From: Harriotta raleighana
Taxonomy: Eukaryota
Direction: 5' to 3'
Length of the DNA: 64,000 nucleotides
Assembly: GCA_050575255.1 (NCBI GenBank)
Contig: JBNZDD010013639.1
Coordinates: 3,199,224-3,263,223 of the forward strand
Shown here: positions 26,054-39,563 of the stretch, piece by piece
Layout: every line of letters begins with the position of its first letter
Position numbering within the stretch: position 1 is the stretch's first letter
Position numbers and translations under genes: made by a program
The notes under the pieces: generated by a model
Databases searched by the model: none
The model's input: only the letters and a program-made list of their open reading frames with translations
What the model was told of the DNA's origin: nothing

Positions 26054-26875
26054 TAATCTGTTCTTTTGCAAAAAAAAGTCATCCGAGTTTCTGATACATG
26101 AGGAAATACATCGACATGCTTAAGAGTTTCCAAACCAAACTGAGAATTCTATGTACAATATCTCAATTGCCACAGAGAGCTGGTTTGATTCTGATATTCT
26201 GTTGCCAAGAATTTCTTTTGTTTTGTGAGATAGCCCAAAAGAGGATGGATAATGAAAGGCCTTTAGTTGATTTGATCTCACCTTATTTTCATCTGTTTAC
26301 AGCCCAACCTCCTTATAGACGATACTGTGAACTCCCACCTCGCGTGCGCACACACACACACACACACACAGGAAAAGAAACCATTTCAACTCCACTTGCA
26401 AATTCTCATTCATCCTTCTGTACATAACGTTCTGTAAAATTTGAACGTGATAAACAGGTCTAACTAGCAGTCAAACTGTTAACAACACAAAGTTTGATGG
26501 ATTCCAGCAACTCAGAACAGCTGCAGGAAGCAAATTGTTTATTATCATACTCTTCCCGGATGAATTGCTAACAGGATGGATTGGTGTACAACTGAAGTCT
26601 GTCATGGACTGCACAGAACAGATCTTGAGGGCAATGTTCTTGGACTGACAAACAAATATCTACTTGTACTCAAGAGTCATCAAAATCTTTTACAACTATT
26701 CCTTAAGGGCATTAATCTTTTCTTAAAAAAAAGTGCCAAGCAATTCACCTGCCAAGTTATCAGAAAAATATCAGCAGTCATTCAAAAGTATCTGTGACTG
26801 GAAATAGAAATGGCTGACACTGCTTTAAGTTGCTGTTGTGATTGTTATGGATCACGAGGTAAGGGTGGGAGGATC

Positions 26876-27698
26876 CGTTGACAAGACGGAGGCCATACTC
26901 TTTGGCTCTCGTCAATGTCTCCATTCGCACGGCTCTCACCTCCTCCACTTTCCTGGTCTGCCCCTAAAACTCTCTGAACCTGTGCGCAACCTAGGTGTCA
27001 GATTCGACTCCCACCTGACCTTCCTCCCTCATATTCGGTCCCTCACCAGCACTGCCTTCTTCCACCTCCGACGGATTGCCCGTCTCCGCCAATACCTCAT
27101 CCCAAAAGCCGCTGAAACCCTGGTCCACGCCTTTGTCACCTCTTGGCTGGACTATTGCAATGCCCTCCTCCCCGGTCTCCCCTCCTCCACAATCCACAGA
27201 GTCCAGCTTATCCAAAACTCTGCCTCTCGCATTCTCACCTGCACCAAACTTCGCTTCCCCATTTCCCCAGTCCTTTCCAGACTTCACTGGCTCCTTATCC
27301 CAGAGAGGATTGATTTCAAGATCCTCACCCTCGTCTTCAAATCCCTCCACTCCACTGCACCCCCCTACCTCTATGACCTCCTCTCTCCTCAAACCAGCAC
27401 TCGCTTGCCTTCGTTCCACCGGTTCTGGCCTCCTTCATGTCCCCCGAATCCTCCGCTCCACCCTCGGCGGCCATGCCTTCAGCCACTATGCCCTGAAGCT
27501 CTGGAGTTCCCTTCCTCACTCCCTCCGCCTCGCTCCCTCTTTTTCCAGTTTCAAGTCCCAGCTGAAGACCTTTCTCTTTGACCGTGCCTTTGGTTTCTAC
27601 CCCTGCCTCTGGCTCGGTCCGCTATTGTGAAGCGCTCTGAGACGCCGTCCGGCATGGAGGGAGCTATATAAAGCAAAATTGTTGTTGTTGTTGTTGTT
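26876..27698 (+). mobile_element. L2 LINE 3' portion (family B)
   Basis: ORF 26838..27581 VRNLGVRFDS..AETLVHAFVTSWLDYCNALL..LHWLLIPERIDFKIL; (ttg)n tail. Confidence 0.93.
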
Positions 27699-30499
27699 GA
27701 GGATGGTCAGATGCTTCAGTGTATGTAAGGACCACATTTTGTTTTACTGAATCAGCTGCACAAAAGCAGCACAATTGGCAGGGTTGGTTATCAGGAGTGT
27801 GTGAAGGCCAGCTGTTAAGGTAGGGAGAGGAGAAGGTGAAAGACTTATAGACCATTGTCACCCAGGATAATATTAAGTGCTTCACACAATATATTGCAAA
27901 GTAAATTGATTGTTTATTTTGCACTAGCATTTTGACCAAATTATTATTTTAACTTTTTGTAATAAGTGATTATTACAGAAAAGACGATCTGGCAATCGAC
28001 TTAACAACCAAGTTCCTACTTATTGCTAGGTAAAGAGGAGTGTGGAGTAGAGAACTTGCCTAAGCTTTCACTCGCTGCCCAGGAATGAAACCCGGATTCT
28101 CTGGTTTGCGAGGCGACGAAAGGATGGACCTTCGGCAGTAAAATAGCATTTGATGTATGGGCAGCAGCAGTGAAAAAGTATCAGGTCAATTCTGCAATAG
28201 CAATCATCAAAGTACTCTTGCTTGCGAATCAAAAGGCTGTAGGTTCAAGCCCTTAATTGGAATTTGTTGCACAAATAGCATAAAGCACTTTTATTGAGGA
28301 GGTGACGAGTTTCCCAGTTTGATTGGCCTTGTAATTTGGAGGAGACATGGGATAGAAGGATAAGATTTACAACAATAAGCTTTACATTTGATATAGCCTT
28401 ACACGTTGGGGGCAGGGCAGTTTACAGGATAAATCGTAAAGTGACTGTATGTTTTACAGCTGAACAAACATTCTGATGCTGTACTTTTAAGCAAAGTATT
28501 GCATGAGAAGCAGAACAAAGAGTTTTGTGGGAATTGCACCTCTGCGAGGAGATAACTTGTCAAAAGTGAAGATGATAGTGCATCAGAAGTGGAAAATCAC
28601 AAGAGAAACCTGAGCAAAAAACATCTCATTTCCAGAGGAAGGTTAACAGCAATTCAACCTTTGCAGAAAATTCCCTATATGACAAAAGCAAAAATATTTC
28701 TGACTCTTTATGAAAGGAAAGAACAGCACTTTCTAGGTTTAGTTAATCATGAGTCAATGTATGCTCCTGCAGCATTAGTTTCATGCCAAAGGGTTTCAGG
28801 TGTAAACATCACCCAATTTTAACAATCTGTAAGGAATTGAAGATTGAAATTGACAGGGGATCTGAAAAATAGGCATTATGTAGGAGACAGGATCCTTCTG
28901 GCAACAAGCAGTAGGATTACAAACAGAGGATATATGACAATGATTCATGGATTACAAAATAAATACACCAACCTATGACCTCATAACACATGACTAATAT
29001 ATTTACAAAAGAGATGTATCAGAAAAAGAGGATTCATGACTGGCTGATGCAAAAATAAAACATTGTACTTTCACATTTGGGTCTCGGGCTCTTTTGCAGC
29101 TAGAATGACAACATGGATGTTATCTGCACTTGGGGCTGGCACAAGATCAATTGATATGAATATTTAACCATGTCAAAGCATGAAACCCTCCATACTGGCT
29201 GCTAAGATAGTAATTGTAGTAAATGTAAAGGATTGCTTTATTTTTGGTCAGACAGGTATCAGACATGTACGGAAATTAATCCCCATGCTTAAAAATATGC
29301 AGGCTAGATTATAGGTACGCCACCCAGAAGTGGAAATGTTCCTATGTTTGAAATGATATACATACTTTCTCTTTCCTTGAAGAGGCACCCTGCTGGCCTA
29401 ATCACTCAGAACATTTGGCACAGATGTCAAGAGCCAGGATTTGGGGATGCTAGAGTGTCCGCTGAAGTACTGATCAACTCCGAGAGCATTATCTGGCCAG
29501 CTATCTATGACTTATTCATCCAGGAGCATTCTACCCATTAGGGGTTTGGTTTCCAGAGTTAATAAGATAAGAGTGAGAAGAATCCCTGTGCCCACCACTC
29601 CCTGACCCAGTTCCTGCTGATGAGCCAGGTTGGCTGGTCTATCATCAGTGGTGTCCTGGAGTACTGCAGACCTGCCTGGCTAGCAACCGGACAATGAACT
29701 CCCCACAAAGGAATTAATCAAGGTATCCATCGGGCTCTGGGTACCACATTGAATGAGAATTCCTCAAGTATGAAAATTTTGCTTTTTTTTCATTGGAAAG
29801 GCTGTAGTGCACTATTATGTACCTGCAGCAGTGAAGATGCGCTACCTTTACATTTATATAGCATCTTTCAAGTCGGGAGATAAGTGCTTAAAGCTGCTGC
29901 AAGATTACCCTGGTTGGGGGTGGAAACCAAATGGGATGGCGAGAGGGGAGAGATTTAATAACAGAAATGTATGACTGACAGCGAGGACATATTCCAATCT
30001 TTACATGTAGCTGAAGGGAGCTGCCGGTTTCTTGTTCGTGTATGCAAGCCCGGAACAGTTCAAGTGCATGGCGAAAATAAGAGAATTCTGGAATCAAAAT
30101 GATCAGGGAGATTGTAGGAAAAGCACTGCAGATCCATGTGCCCGATGACTATCTCCATGTTCACTTATCCGCAATGGGCTCTGATGTGGAAGGGAAGTGG
30201 AGCTGTGGTATTGACAAGAAAAAAATAATTACACGCATGGTTGCCAGGAATGTGATTTACATGTGGAGTATGTCTTTGAAAAAAGCAATATAAAGTAAGT
30301 GTTTATTTAGCAAACTGCTGTGGGCTCTGGTGATGGTTAAAAAGAGAGAGAGACAGGGACAGGGAAAGAAAAGGGCTGGCACAATGGGGGTACTATATTA
30401 CAGTAGAATTTGTAATGGAAAAACTTTTTTCATTAACACTGAAGCCAATATGTATTTTTGTGATAACTAATTATGACAATTGTAATAATTGTGATAACA

Positions 30500-30805
30500 A
30501 ATGTAGGGTAAAGTCCTTACTCCACACGCTTCTGTTTATCTAGCAGTAAGCAGGAACCCAGTTGTTAGTCAATTGGCAGATCACTTTTCCAGTGGTAATA
30601 ATTCCTCACTTCAATCCATGACTGTGCACTGCTATATACAATTGGCTGCCGTGTTTTGCCCACAAAATATAGTCAATTCATTTTACAGTATATTCTGTGA
30701 AGTGCTTTGAAACGTCTCGAAGACGTGATAAGGCACTAAATCAAATGGAAGCATTATTACTATCAACAATGTTTCCATATCAAATGCAAGGATTATTATT
30801 ATTAT
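30500..30805 (+). mobile_element. tRNA-derived SINE, long subfamily, partial
   Basis: Central ctgtttatctagcagtaagcaggaacccag segment plus core and a doubled tail. Confidence 0.78.
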
Positions 30806-31068
30806 ATCCGTTGTCTCAATTAGTGCAGATAACAGATTTTCTACTGCAAAACTAAGGACATTGACTTTGTTCTTCTTCCTTGAAAAATCAGGAAAAATCT
30901 ATTGGAATTTACCATGTTAAGAATACATATGGTTGCCTAACAAACGTATCTCAAAATGATATAGAATATTTCAGAAAAACGCTTGATCATCTCCTTCTGC
31001 CAGTTCTAACATGGTTGTTTAAAGGTTTTGCAAAACATCAGATTAAAGCTAATGCAATTTCTTTTCAC

Positions 31069-31184
31069 CTTCAGTCCTGAGCTGCTGGATGGCATCGGAG
31101 CATGTTCGCAAGAAAATCTGAGCATCCTGATCAATTTGGTCACGTTCGGTGTCCGTCATGCGAGAATACTCTGACATAAAACAA
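31069..31184 (-). CDS. STX18: Syntaxin 18 exon 3 (116 bp; [38 protein letters not shown])
   Basis: Lies within ORF 31049..31255 and is near-identical to STX18 [30 protein letters not shown]. ttcccag acceptor, gtgaaa donor; phase 2/1. Confidence 0.97.
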
Positions 31185-33070
31185 CTGGGAAAAAGAAAAA
31201 GGAATTCATCAGAAAACAGGAATGAAGGTGCACATCTCAAAAGTGAGAAGTTCAAATCTGAAGAGGTCAGTCACTTCAGCCTAAACAAGGGAACGTTAAC
31301 TCATTGGAGAATACAAAACTCTGCTACTTTGTCAATTTCAAGAGAATAAAATTCTTCTCACAAAATTCTCCTATGTCCTATAGTCACTTCACTTTATAGA
31401 ATATAAAATAAACTTTGCAGCACTTTGGGATATCCTCCTGACATGAAAGGTGCCATTCCAAACCACGTTACAGTATTTCCCATGTGGTGCTTTGAGAAGT
31501 CTCAAGACGTGATAAGATGCTTTATCAATTGTAAGGATTATGATTAATCTTCCAATTCTTAATGTTGGGCTCCACAGCTACAAATGCACACCAACCAATT
31601 ACTATGGTTTATGAGAATTGTGATAAGCAACTAAACATATTATATTTAGTAACCGAACATGGTAGAGCGGGCAGGCTATTGTAACAAAACAAAGCTGAAA
31701 CACAAAAGCATAAAATGCATCTGATTGGTACGCAGCAACTTTAGAAAAAACATTGCAGTCAAAGGTACAAAACCAGCTTTGAGTGTCAATACAGATTAAT
31801 TCAGCTATTTTTTAAAAAGACGGGAAATCAATAATACAAGCAAGTATCTTGAGGACCCCCTCTCCCACACATACAAGATTTTAGTACAATGCTCAAAGAA
31901 TTTTGTGCTGGCATGTCATTTCCATTTACAGAGTGCAACATTTCACTGTGTTTTATGATATATTTTAGATTGATTGAGATTGAATGAAGCCATTATTCTG
32001 TTAAGCGGCATTAAACACTATACTCCGCAATTGGAAACAATGGTGACAGCTGTGAGTGGAAACAAAGACAGCAGCCACTAGTGGCTTCAGGCCATTGTGT
32101 GGAAACAGGAGGAGGGGGTGAGGGAAGGTGTTCACACTCAAAATCAGTCAATAATTATGGTCTGAAATTGCAATGTTGATCATACTAAAACTGCTATGAA
32201 CCATTGCATTTTGCCAGTCATTTCATTACCTGTTACATGATGTGCAGCGTTTTACAATCCTAAAAAAGGCAGTTTCTCAATAACAAATCCTGGAATCCTC
32301 TTTACTGAACATTTACTTCTCCTCCTACTCTGACAACAACCTACATGGCCAGGCAGCCTTTATCTGTGCCATAGATTTCTATGGTTCTAACAGAACGTAG
32401 GGAAGGCAACCTGAAATGTTTCGATGTGCTTTATAGATTTGCTTTTTTAGCCTGCTGAACGTTTGAGCGCTACATTTAGGTACCCTCTTGTGAATGATTC
32501 CACCCAGGATACAATATTTTTATTGTGAATTTGAAGCTTCAGATTTTACACATCAGTGCAAAAGAAAGATTACATTTACTGCAATAAAATAAACTCTTGC
32601 TTTAAAGCTTCCTGGTGTGCAAAACATTATACTTTAATTATATCATTGGTTTAAAAAAAACGCTGCAAATTTTCCATAGAAAGACAGAATGAGATACCCA
32701 TTCAGTTTATCGCATTCCTGATTGCTTGAATTCACTTCCTGACAAGGAAATACAGTCGATGTACTGTATATACACTGTCGATGTAGAGTATATATACTGT
32801 TTCTGCTGAAGATGTTGCAGAAAGTAAATTATTTTTCAAACTGAAAGCACCAGACTCAGAAACATCAAGCTGACGTGTCACCGTTGATCATTTTACTCAT
32901 TTGTTGAGATGTTATGTGGTCTCTCTTTATGGCCTTCGGTGTTTTGAGCATCACCATATGGCTTAATGTCAAAAATCATCAAGCAAAAATGGTTGTTCAA
33001 AGCTGCCAGCTACAGGGTGTTCACAAAGTCCTGTTCCCCCCATGTTTTTTTTCTTGCAATGGATTTTTAT

Positions 33071-33362
33071 TTAGCTCAGTGAATAGAGCACTCGCCTTAC
33101 AAGCGTGAGATCTGTGTTCGAATCCAGGCAGGTCAGGGCGAAGCCTTGGGCAAGTTTGCTTACTCCACACGCCTAATAATAATCCCTCAAAAAAAATTGG
33201 TCATTTCAATCCACGACTGTTTGTGGATTGAAGTGTGCAATTGGCTGCCGCATTTCGCACACAAATATACAGTCAATTCACTTTACAGTACATTCTGTGA
33301 AGCGCTTTGAGACGTCTAGAAGACGGGAAAAGCTCTATATCAAATGCAAAGATTATTATTGT
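33071..33362 (+). mobile_element. tRNA-derived SINE, full length
   Basis: tagctcagtgaatagagcactcgccttacaagcgtgag..gttcgaatcc head, core and tail. Confidence 0.9.
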
Positions 33363-34622
33363 TATCTGTTGCTGGTGAATCAAACGGAATAATATCTGAC
33401 TCATTGTCACCCCATCCATGTAACTGAAAATGGGGAAGGATCATTATCTGCCATGAAAATGATGGTGCTTACACCGATCCTCTGGACGTTTAAATACAGT
33501 TAAACATTAGTGCTGAATACAGATGAGTTACTTCTAAATACAAATACTGTATCATCATTCCTTTACAAAAAAAGGACAGGAGGTACCTTATTTTGCAGCC
33601 AGTGCATTCCCAAGACTTGGACAAGTGAACCTGGAAAATATAATGTACTTCAAATTCCTGTATAAAGGGGGTGGGGGTGGGAGGGGGGCGTCCTGGGGAG
33701 CGGAAGAGTGACATACAACCATTACAGTTTCTTACAGTAAGGTGGCTTGCTGTAACCTGAGATCTAATTTGTAATGTTGCCACCTGTGAGTTTCTGTGTT
33801 GCATCACAGATGTTGTGATCTTATGAAAAGCTACTATACAGGTGAAATGGGCCAATAGATTCCTATTCTTCATTAAAGCACTGATCAACCAGGAAACTGT
33901 TCTTACACCACTGCTGACTGCTACTTAGCTCGAAGAACTGAGAAGTTGTACTGGAATTGCACAAACAATGCAGAAAATTTGATCAATAACTATGATATGT
34001 TGCACTACTTAATTGAAGATAATCGCATCAAAATCTTTGTTGGGACAACGTTATGCCAAAGTTTATGGTATATGCAGGAGAAGTGTCGCTTGCGTAGTAT
34101 TTATGATTTCTTGTAACTTATTCAAACAACATTAAGCAACCTATTTATAATAGTTTTCGGTGTCCAATAACTCAATAAGTTTTATTTATATAGTGCCCAT
34201 TACAATGGGTAGTGTCTTGCTTAACAATTCCAGAGCTTGAAGCCTAGCCATGTGGGAGAGAGGTAAGGTAACCGTTGGCACAGTCAAAGAGGAAGATCTT
34301 TAGGTGCAAGGCAAGGTGTGAAATGTGAAGGAACTGAGGCAGAGTCTTATTCTCGGGCACTATTTTTTTTTGCCATTGGTAGTGCATCTATGCTGTGCTT
34401 GTTATTTGCTCATTCGGTTTTCTTTGTTCACCTCGTGTCTCCCTTCTTCAATTATATTTGCCGATTGTATATTTTTCTGGTAAACAAAAAGAAAAGCTTC
34501 ACTTTTTCTTCTAATTTACCTCACTTTCTCAACCTAACTGGTTGTTGCATTCAGAAGATTTTCAATTCCGAGGCAAATAGTGGAAATTTATATACTATGG
34601 GTGAATGATCTAAAAAAACTAC

Positions 34623-34905
34623 AGTAGTTCAGTTGTTAGAGCAGTTGCTTCACAAGTGAGAGACCTGGATTCAATACCAGGTAGGGTGAAATGATGGACA
34701 AGTTACCTTACTTCACACGTCTCTGTTTACCTAGCAGTGTTGGGGAATCCGGTTGCGTAAATTGGCGGATCATTTTTCCGGAGGCAACAATTGCTTTAAA
34801 AAAATGGTTACTTCAAATTAGCACTGTTTGTGGGACACTGCAGGGCATAGCTGAATACAGTACCTTGTTTCACCCACAAAATATAGTCAGTTCACTTTAC
34901 AGTAT
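34623..34905 (+). mobile_element. tRNA-derived SINE, long subfamily
   Basis: Head, central segment and core are present; the tail is missing. Confidence 0.75.
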
Positions 34906-35397
34906 TCACCCACTTTAAGTGATTCACAGCTCAGGCTGGGCGAGTGAGTTACCCAGAAGTTTGATGAGTGCCCTTTTGATGCTCTGAAAACAATTATATT
35001 ACTGCAGTAAATTAAACGTATTCAATTACAGCATTGAGTAATTAAAGGTTTATAATCATTAATGCTTCTAGTTTGCAGCCTGTACGAATAGTTCCATTCA
35101 ATGTGGTTCATAGCCAAACCACAATCAATAACTTACTATATTGATATGGCCTTGATCCTTTCCCAGTAAGCAGCACCAGCTTGTCAAACTGACAAACTCA
35201 TATGCACTGTAGCACCATCTTGTAAAATCTCACTGACTGACTACCCTTCCTATTCCTCAGTCCTGTCAGATTAAATCAAATGTTTGCTCTAAAATGTGCA
35301 TAACTATCCTTCTGTGCTCTCCAAAAAATGAGCATATGGGGAGGTGAGGAGATTTTTTTTAATGCAGAGTAGTTAGGACATGGATTGCTGTTCTGTT

Positions 35398-36357
35398 CTG
35401 ATACCCAACTCTACCTTTCCGCGTCCACCGTTGACTCTGGGACTACTGGTGTTCTAATTGCTTGTCTGACCGACATTAAGTCCTAGACGAAGGCTAACTT
35501 CCTCCAACTCAACGTCAACAAGACGGAGGCCCTCCTGATTGGCTCGCATCAGGCCCTACGTACCTCAAGCGCTGACAACATTAGCATTCAAGGATTCTCT
35601 CTCCATCTCTCGAAGCCAAACAGGAATCTGGGCGTCTTGTTTGAGCCCGAACTGTCCTTCCTCCCTCATATCCGCTCCCTGACCGGTATTGCTTTCCGAT
35701 ATTGCCAGGCTCTGCCACTACCTCACCCCCCATGTCGCTGAAACCCTCATTCACGCCTTTATCACCTCCAGGCTTGACCACGGGAACTCTCTCCTCATCG
35801 GCCTTCCCAACTCCTCCCTTCGCAGGCTGCAGATCATTCAGAATTCTGCAGCTCGTGTTCTCTCCCGCACCAGGCTTCATGACCACAATACTCCCACCCT
35901 CGCCCGTCTCCACTGGCTCCCCATCCCCCAGAGGATCGAATTCAAGATCCTCATCCTCACTTTCAAGGCCACTCATGGCCTTGCCCCCACCTATCTCTCT
36001 GACCTGCTGTCTCCCTATCAGCCTGCCCACACCCTCCGTTCAGCAGACTCAGGCCTGCTCCGCATCCACCGCCCTAACATCGGTGGCCGGGCTTTGAGCC
36101 TCTGCCCCACACTATGGAACTCCATCCCGCAGTCCCTCCGTCTTGCTTCCTCCCTTTCCTCCTTCAAGGCCGGTCTCAAGACCTTCCTCTTCGATTTCGC
36201 CTTCGGCTTCCCCCCGGCTCTTCACCCCTCTCCCACTCTCCTTCCCCTCCCTACCCCGGACCCTCCCCCACCGCTCGAGGCCCGACCTGACTGTTCAGCA
36301 CTTTGGGACATCCTTCCGATGTGAAAGGTGCTAAACAAGTGTAATTTCGTTGTTGTT
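35398..36357 (+). mobile_element. L2 LINE 3' portion (family A)
   Basis: ORF 35689..36324 AETLIHAFITSRLDHGNSLL..LHWLPIPQRIEFKIL..LKTFLF; tail gcactttgggacatcc..gtgaaagg..(ttg)n. Confidence 0.93.
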
Positions 36358-37532
36358 TTTGTGGGAGTGATGATTGAGGCAAAATTCATCTTAGCTTTCA
36401 AAGTGAGTACTGTATACTACAGCAGTGTGGGAAAGGGCAAGGGTAAATAGAACAAAAAAATTGCTTTGAAGAGCAACAAATTGCATTTAACCAGTGCTCT
36501 TCATGCGGGGCAGCGTCTCAGAGAGCTTAAGCACAGACTTAAGCACAAAGCAAGCACAAACACAATGGGCTGAACAGCCTTCTTCTGTGCTGTAAATTTT
36601 TTTGGTTCTCCAAAAATGTCCATGGCACTCCTCTCACTTACTTCAAAAAGGCTTTGGTTTTCCCTCCTGCTCACAGTGGTTCTGTGATTTTCCAGAGAGA
36701 CACGGAGAGAGAGTCATGTAACTTTATAGCGAGTGGCCAGGATTACCAACAAGTGGATGGGTTTAGCATGGGTATAGGGCAGGATTGAAGGTCCAAAGTT
36801 AAAAGTTATCTGGGTCAAGCAATCCTCTTTCTCACCTCCAGACTTCTTCCCCAGCAGCAATTTCACGGCAATATTTCTTTCAAATGATTTCCTGCCCTCA
36901 CTTTAGTGAAGCAAATGGCAGTGCAAGAAGCCCGCAATGCTTCAATTGCATATTTATAACTGTGAAACGGCAAGCATTATATGCATCTCATACTGCTCCT
37001 GCAACATCATTATTTTAGGATCTGCTTATTATTTTCAGTGAATGCAATCTAACTAAACTACCCACAATTCTTCATTAAATATTGGAAAATTAGACTGCAA
37101 AATACTCAGTGTGTCTAAATTAAACCCTACGGCAGTCTGTTAAAATTCTCATTTCTAAATTCTAGCACTCTAGCAAAACCATTGGGTTTCTGTATGTGGA
37201 ATCCAGATTGCTAACAATTGCTGTCTATCTCACCCACTGCATTTTGCCAGAAATTTCTCATTACAATCGGCAGCTATTGAAGATAGTCTTCTGTCAACTA
37301 CTACCCACAGCAAGAACACCACATCCAAATCAACAGCAACAATTATATCTTTCAGCACAGATCATTCACTCACTTGAAGAGCGTAATAAACATTTTCACA
37401 TGACCAAACTCTCTCATGCACGTGTTCAATATCTAAAATATTGTGTTGGGCTAATAGCTGATCGACTAACCACGCTCAAACGTAACCACTGATGAAGAGG
37501 ATGACAGGCTATTTTAAGGATACTTAGGTTCA

Positions 37533-37965
37533 GTGGAGTTCTGTAATTCAGTGATTAGAGCACCCACCTTGCAACAACAACCAGGTTATATTTATACAGC
37601 ACCTTTCAAGTCAGGTGAACGTCCCAATACGCAAGTGAGAAGCCTGGGTTTGATTCCCGGCAGGGCGAAATGTTGGGCAAGTTTCTTTACTCTACATGCC
37701 TTTGGTTACCTTGCAGAAAGGAGGAGTCCGATTGTTAGTCAGTTGATGAATCGCTTTTCTGGGCGTAACAATTTTTTAACAAAAATAATAACAATAAATC
37801 GGGCAATTCAATCTATGATTGTTTGTGGGACACTGCTGCCCAATTGACTGCCACATTTTGCCCGCAAAATATAGTCATAAATACACATTACAATATATTC
37901 TGTGAAGCATTTTGAAATGTCTCGACGACATGATAAGGTACTGCATAAAATATAAGGATTATTAT
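37533..37965 (+). mobile_element. tRNA-derived SINE, long subfamily, with an L2 tail inserted in the head
   Basis: Head is split at ccttgcaa; the remainder matches the family. Confidence 0.8.
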
Positions 37966-38190
37966 AAATCAGGGGCAGACTTTTTCAGCAACTGAGAATA
38001 TTAAAGGGGAAATCTTAAGGACTGATTTGATTGAGAAAATCATGCAAAAAATAACAACACAGGATTTATGAGAGGTGGCTGATGAGAGAGGTTTGGTATG
38101 ACACACAAAAGCAAATGTGAAAGACACTATACAAAGGTAATTTTGTTGTTGTTGTTAAAGCCGGGTAGTACTGTAGTATCCCAAGAACTA

Positions 38191-38727
38191 CAAATACTCA
38201 GCCACTATATACTACAGTAGATACCACGAAGTGCTTTGAGATATGTTGACAACTATATCAGGAACAATAAATTCTGTTGTCGAGCATCTTTCAAGTCAAA
38301 AGGATGATAGGGCTGCTCCAACAGGGGAAATCATGGGCTCTGATAGAGTTAGTTAACATATTGGTGCAAAATCAACATTTTGATGGAGCTTTTTTCCCTA
38401 TGAGATCTGGGGTTATTATGGTTGGTGGGGTGTTGATATCTTACTTTTTTTTTAAAAAATCCTGTCAACTGTTCTCTAATTTCCTTCCTCCCATTTCTGC
38501 TTATGACTAGGGATAGAGGCTGTAAACTCTGTATGTTACCAGAATTCAAGCCTGTGCCTTTCTAGCCATATACAATAATAATTCTTGATCTTGATATCAG
38601 TGCTTTGGAACATCCTTCTGACTTGAAAGATGCTCGACAAACAGAATTCATTGTTCCTGATATAGTTGTCAACATATCTCAAAGCACTTCATGGTATCTA
38701 CTGTAGTATATAGTGGCTGAGTATTTG
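38191..38727. repeat. Inverted duplication, arms 38191-38306 and 38611-38727
   Basis: ~116-bp arms with only a few mismatches or indels by eye; ~300-bp spacer. Confidence 0.95.
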
Positions 38728-38875
38728 GGATCTTGACTTTCCACTTCAGCAGCTACACTGGGCCTCAGTTTAATGTCTCATCCAAAGAATTGCATCTCCT
38801 CCAACAATATATTGGAGTATCAACTTAGATTGTAGGGTCAAAGTCATGTTGTGAGATTGGAACACACAACTGTAT

Positions 38876-39563
38876 AACAATAAACCTGGCATTTGATATA
38901 GCACTTTTCATCTCTTCCAGGCGTCTCAAAGTGCTTCACAGAATATACTGTAAAGTGAATTGACTGTATATTTTGTGGGCGAAATAAGGCAGCCAACTGC
39001 GCACAGTAGAGACCCACAAACATTCGTGGATTGAGTGACCAATTCATTTAAATACAATCTCGATAATCCGGCATGGTTGGGCTCACTCACCTCCCGGATT
39101 TCGGAATTTGCCTGTAGTTAGAACCTATGCTAGAAATAGCTGGGAAAGCCCCGCCCCATACACTGCATGTGAGATGTAAACACAGCACTGAAGTCAAACT
39201 ATACCTGAGTGGCAATCACAGCGCCAGATAACAGAGCGTCACTGGGGTGTACTACAAGCTGCTGTTCTGAATTTGGGGGGATTTGCTGCACATCGGAAAA
39301 AAATGAATGCTGTACCTACAGTATTTTTGAAATCTTGCCAGTTTTCGGGAGATAGCGGCGTTCAAAATGTCGGATTATCAAGGTTTTCATAGAATGTTAC
39401 GGCACAGAAGGAGGCCATTCGGCCCATTTTACTGTATTTTCTTTTTTTGAAGAATTATTATCAGGCGTGTGGAGTAAGGAAACCTGCCCAAGGTTTCGCC
39501 CTGCTGGGAATCCATACCAGGTTCTCTCGCTTGCAAGGTAAGTGATCTAACCACTCAGCTACA
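38876..39563 (-). mobile_element. tRNA-derived SINE split by a MITE
   Basis: 3' half at 38876-39048 and 5' half at ~39437-39563. Confidence 0.85.
39055..39434. mobile_element. Tigger-like MITE with a CR1 stub in the right TIR
   Basis: ctcgataatccg ... cggattatcaaggtttt[stub]ttttactg-ta. Confidence 0.75.

Noticed and set aside
26838-27581. 247-aa ORF as a host gene
   Set aside because: It is the C-terminal part of an L2 ORF2, 5'-truncated and frameshifted. The same applies to 35689..36324.
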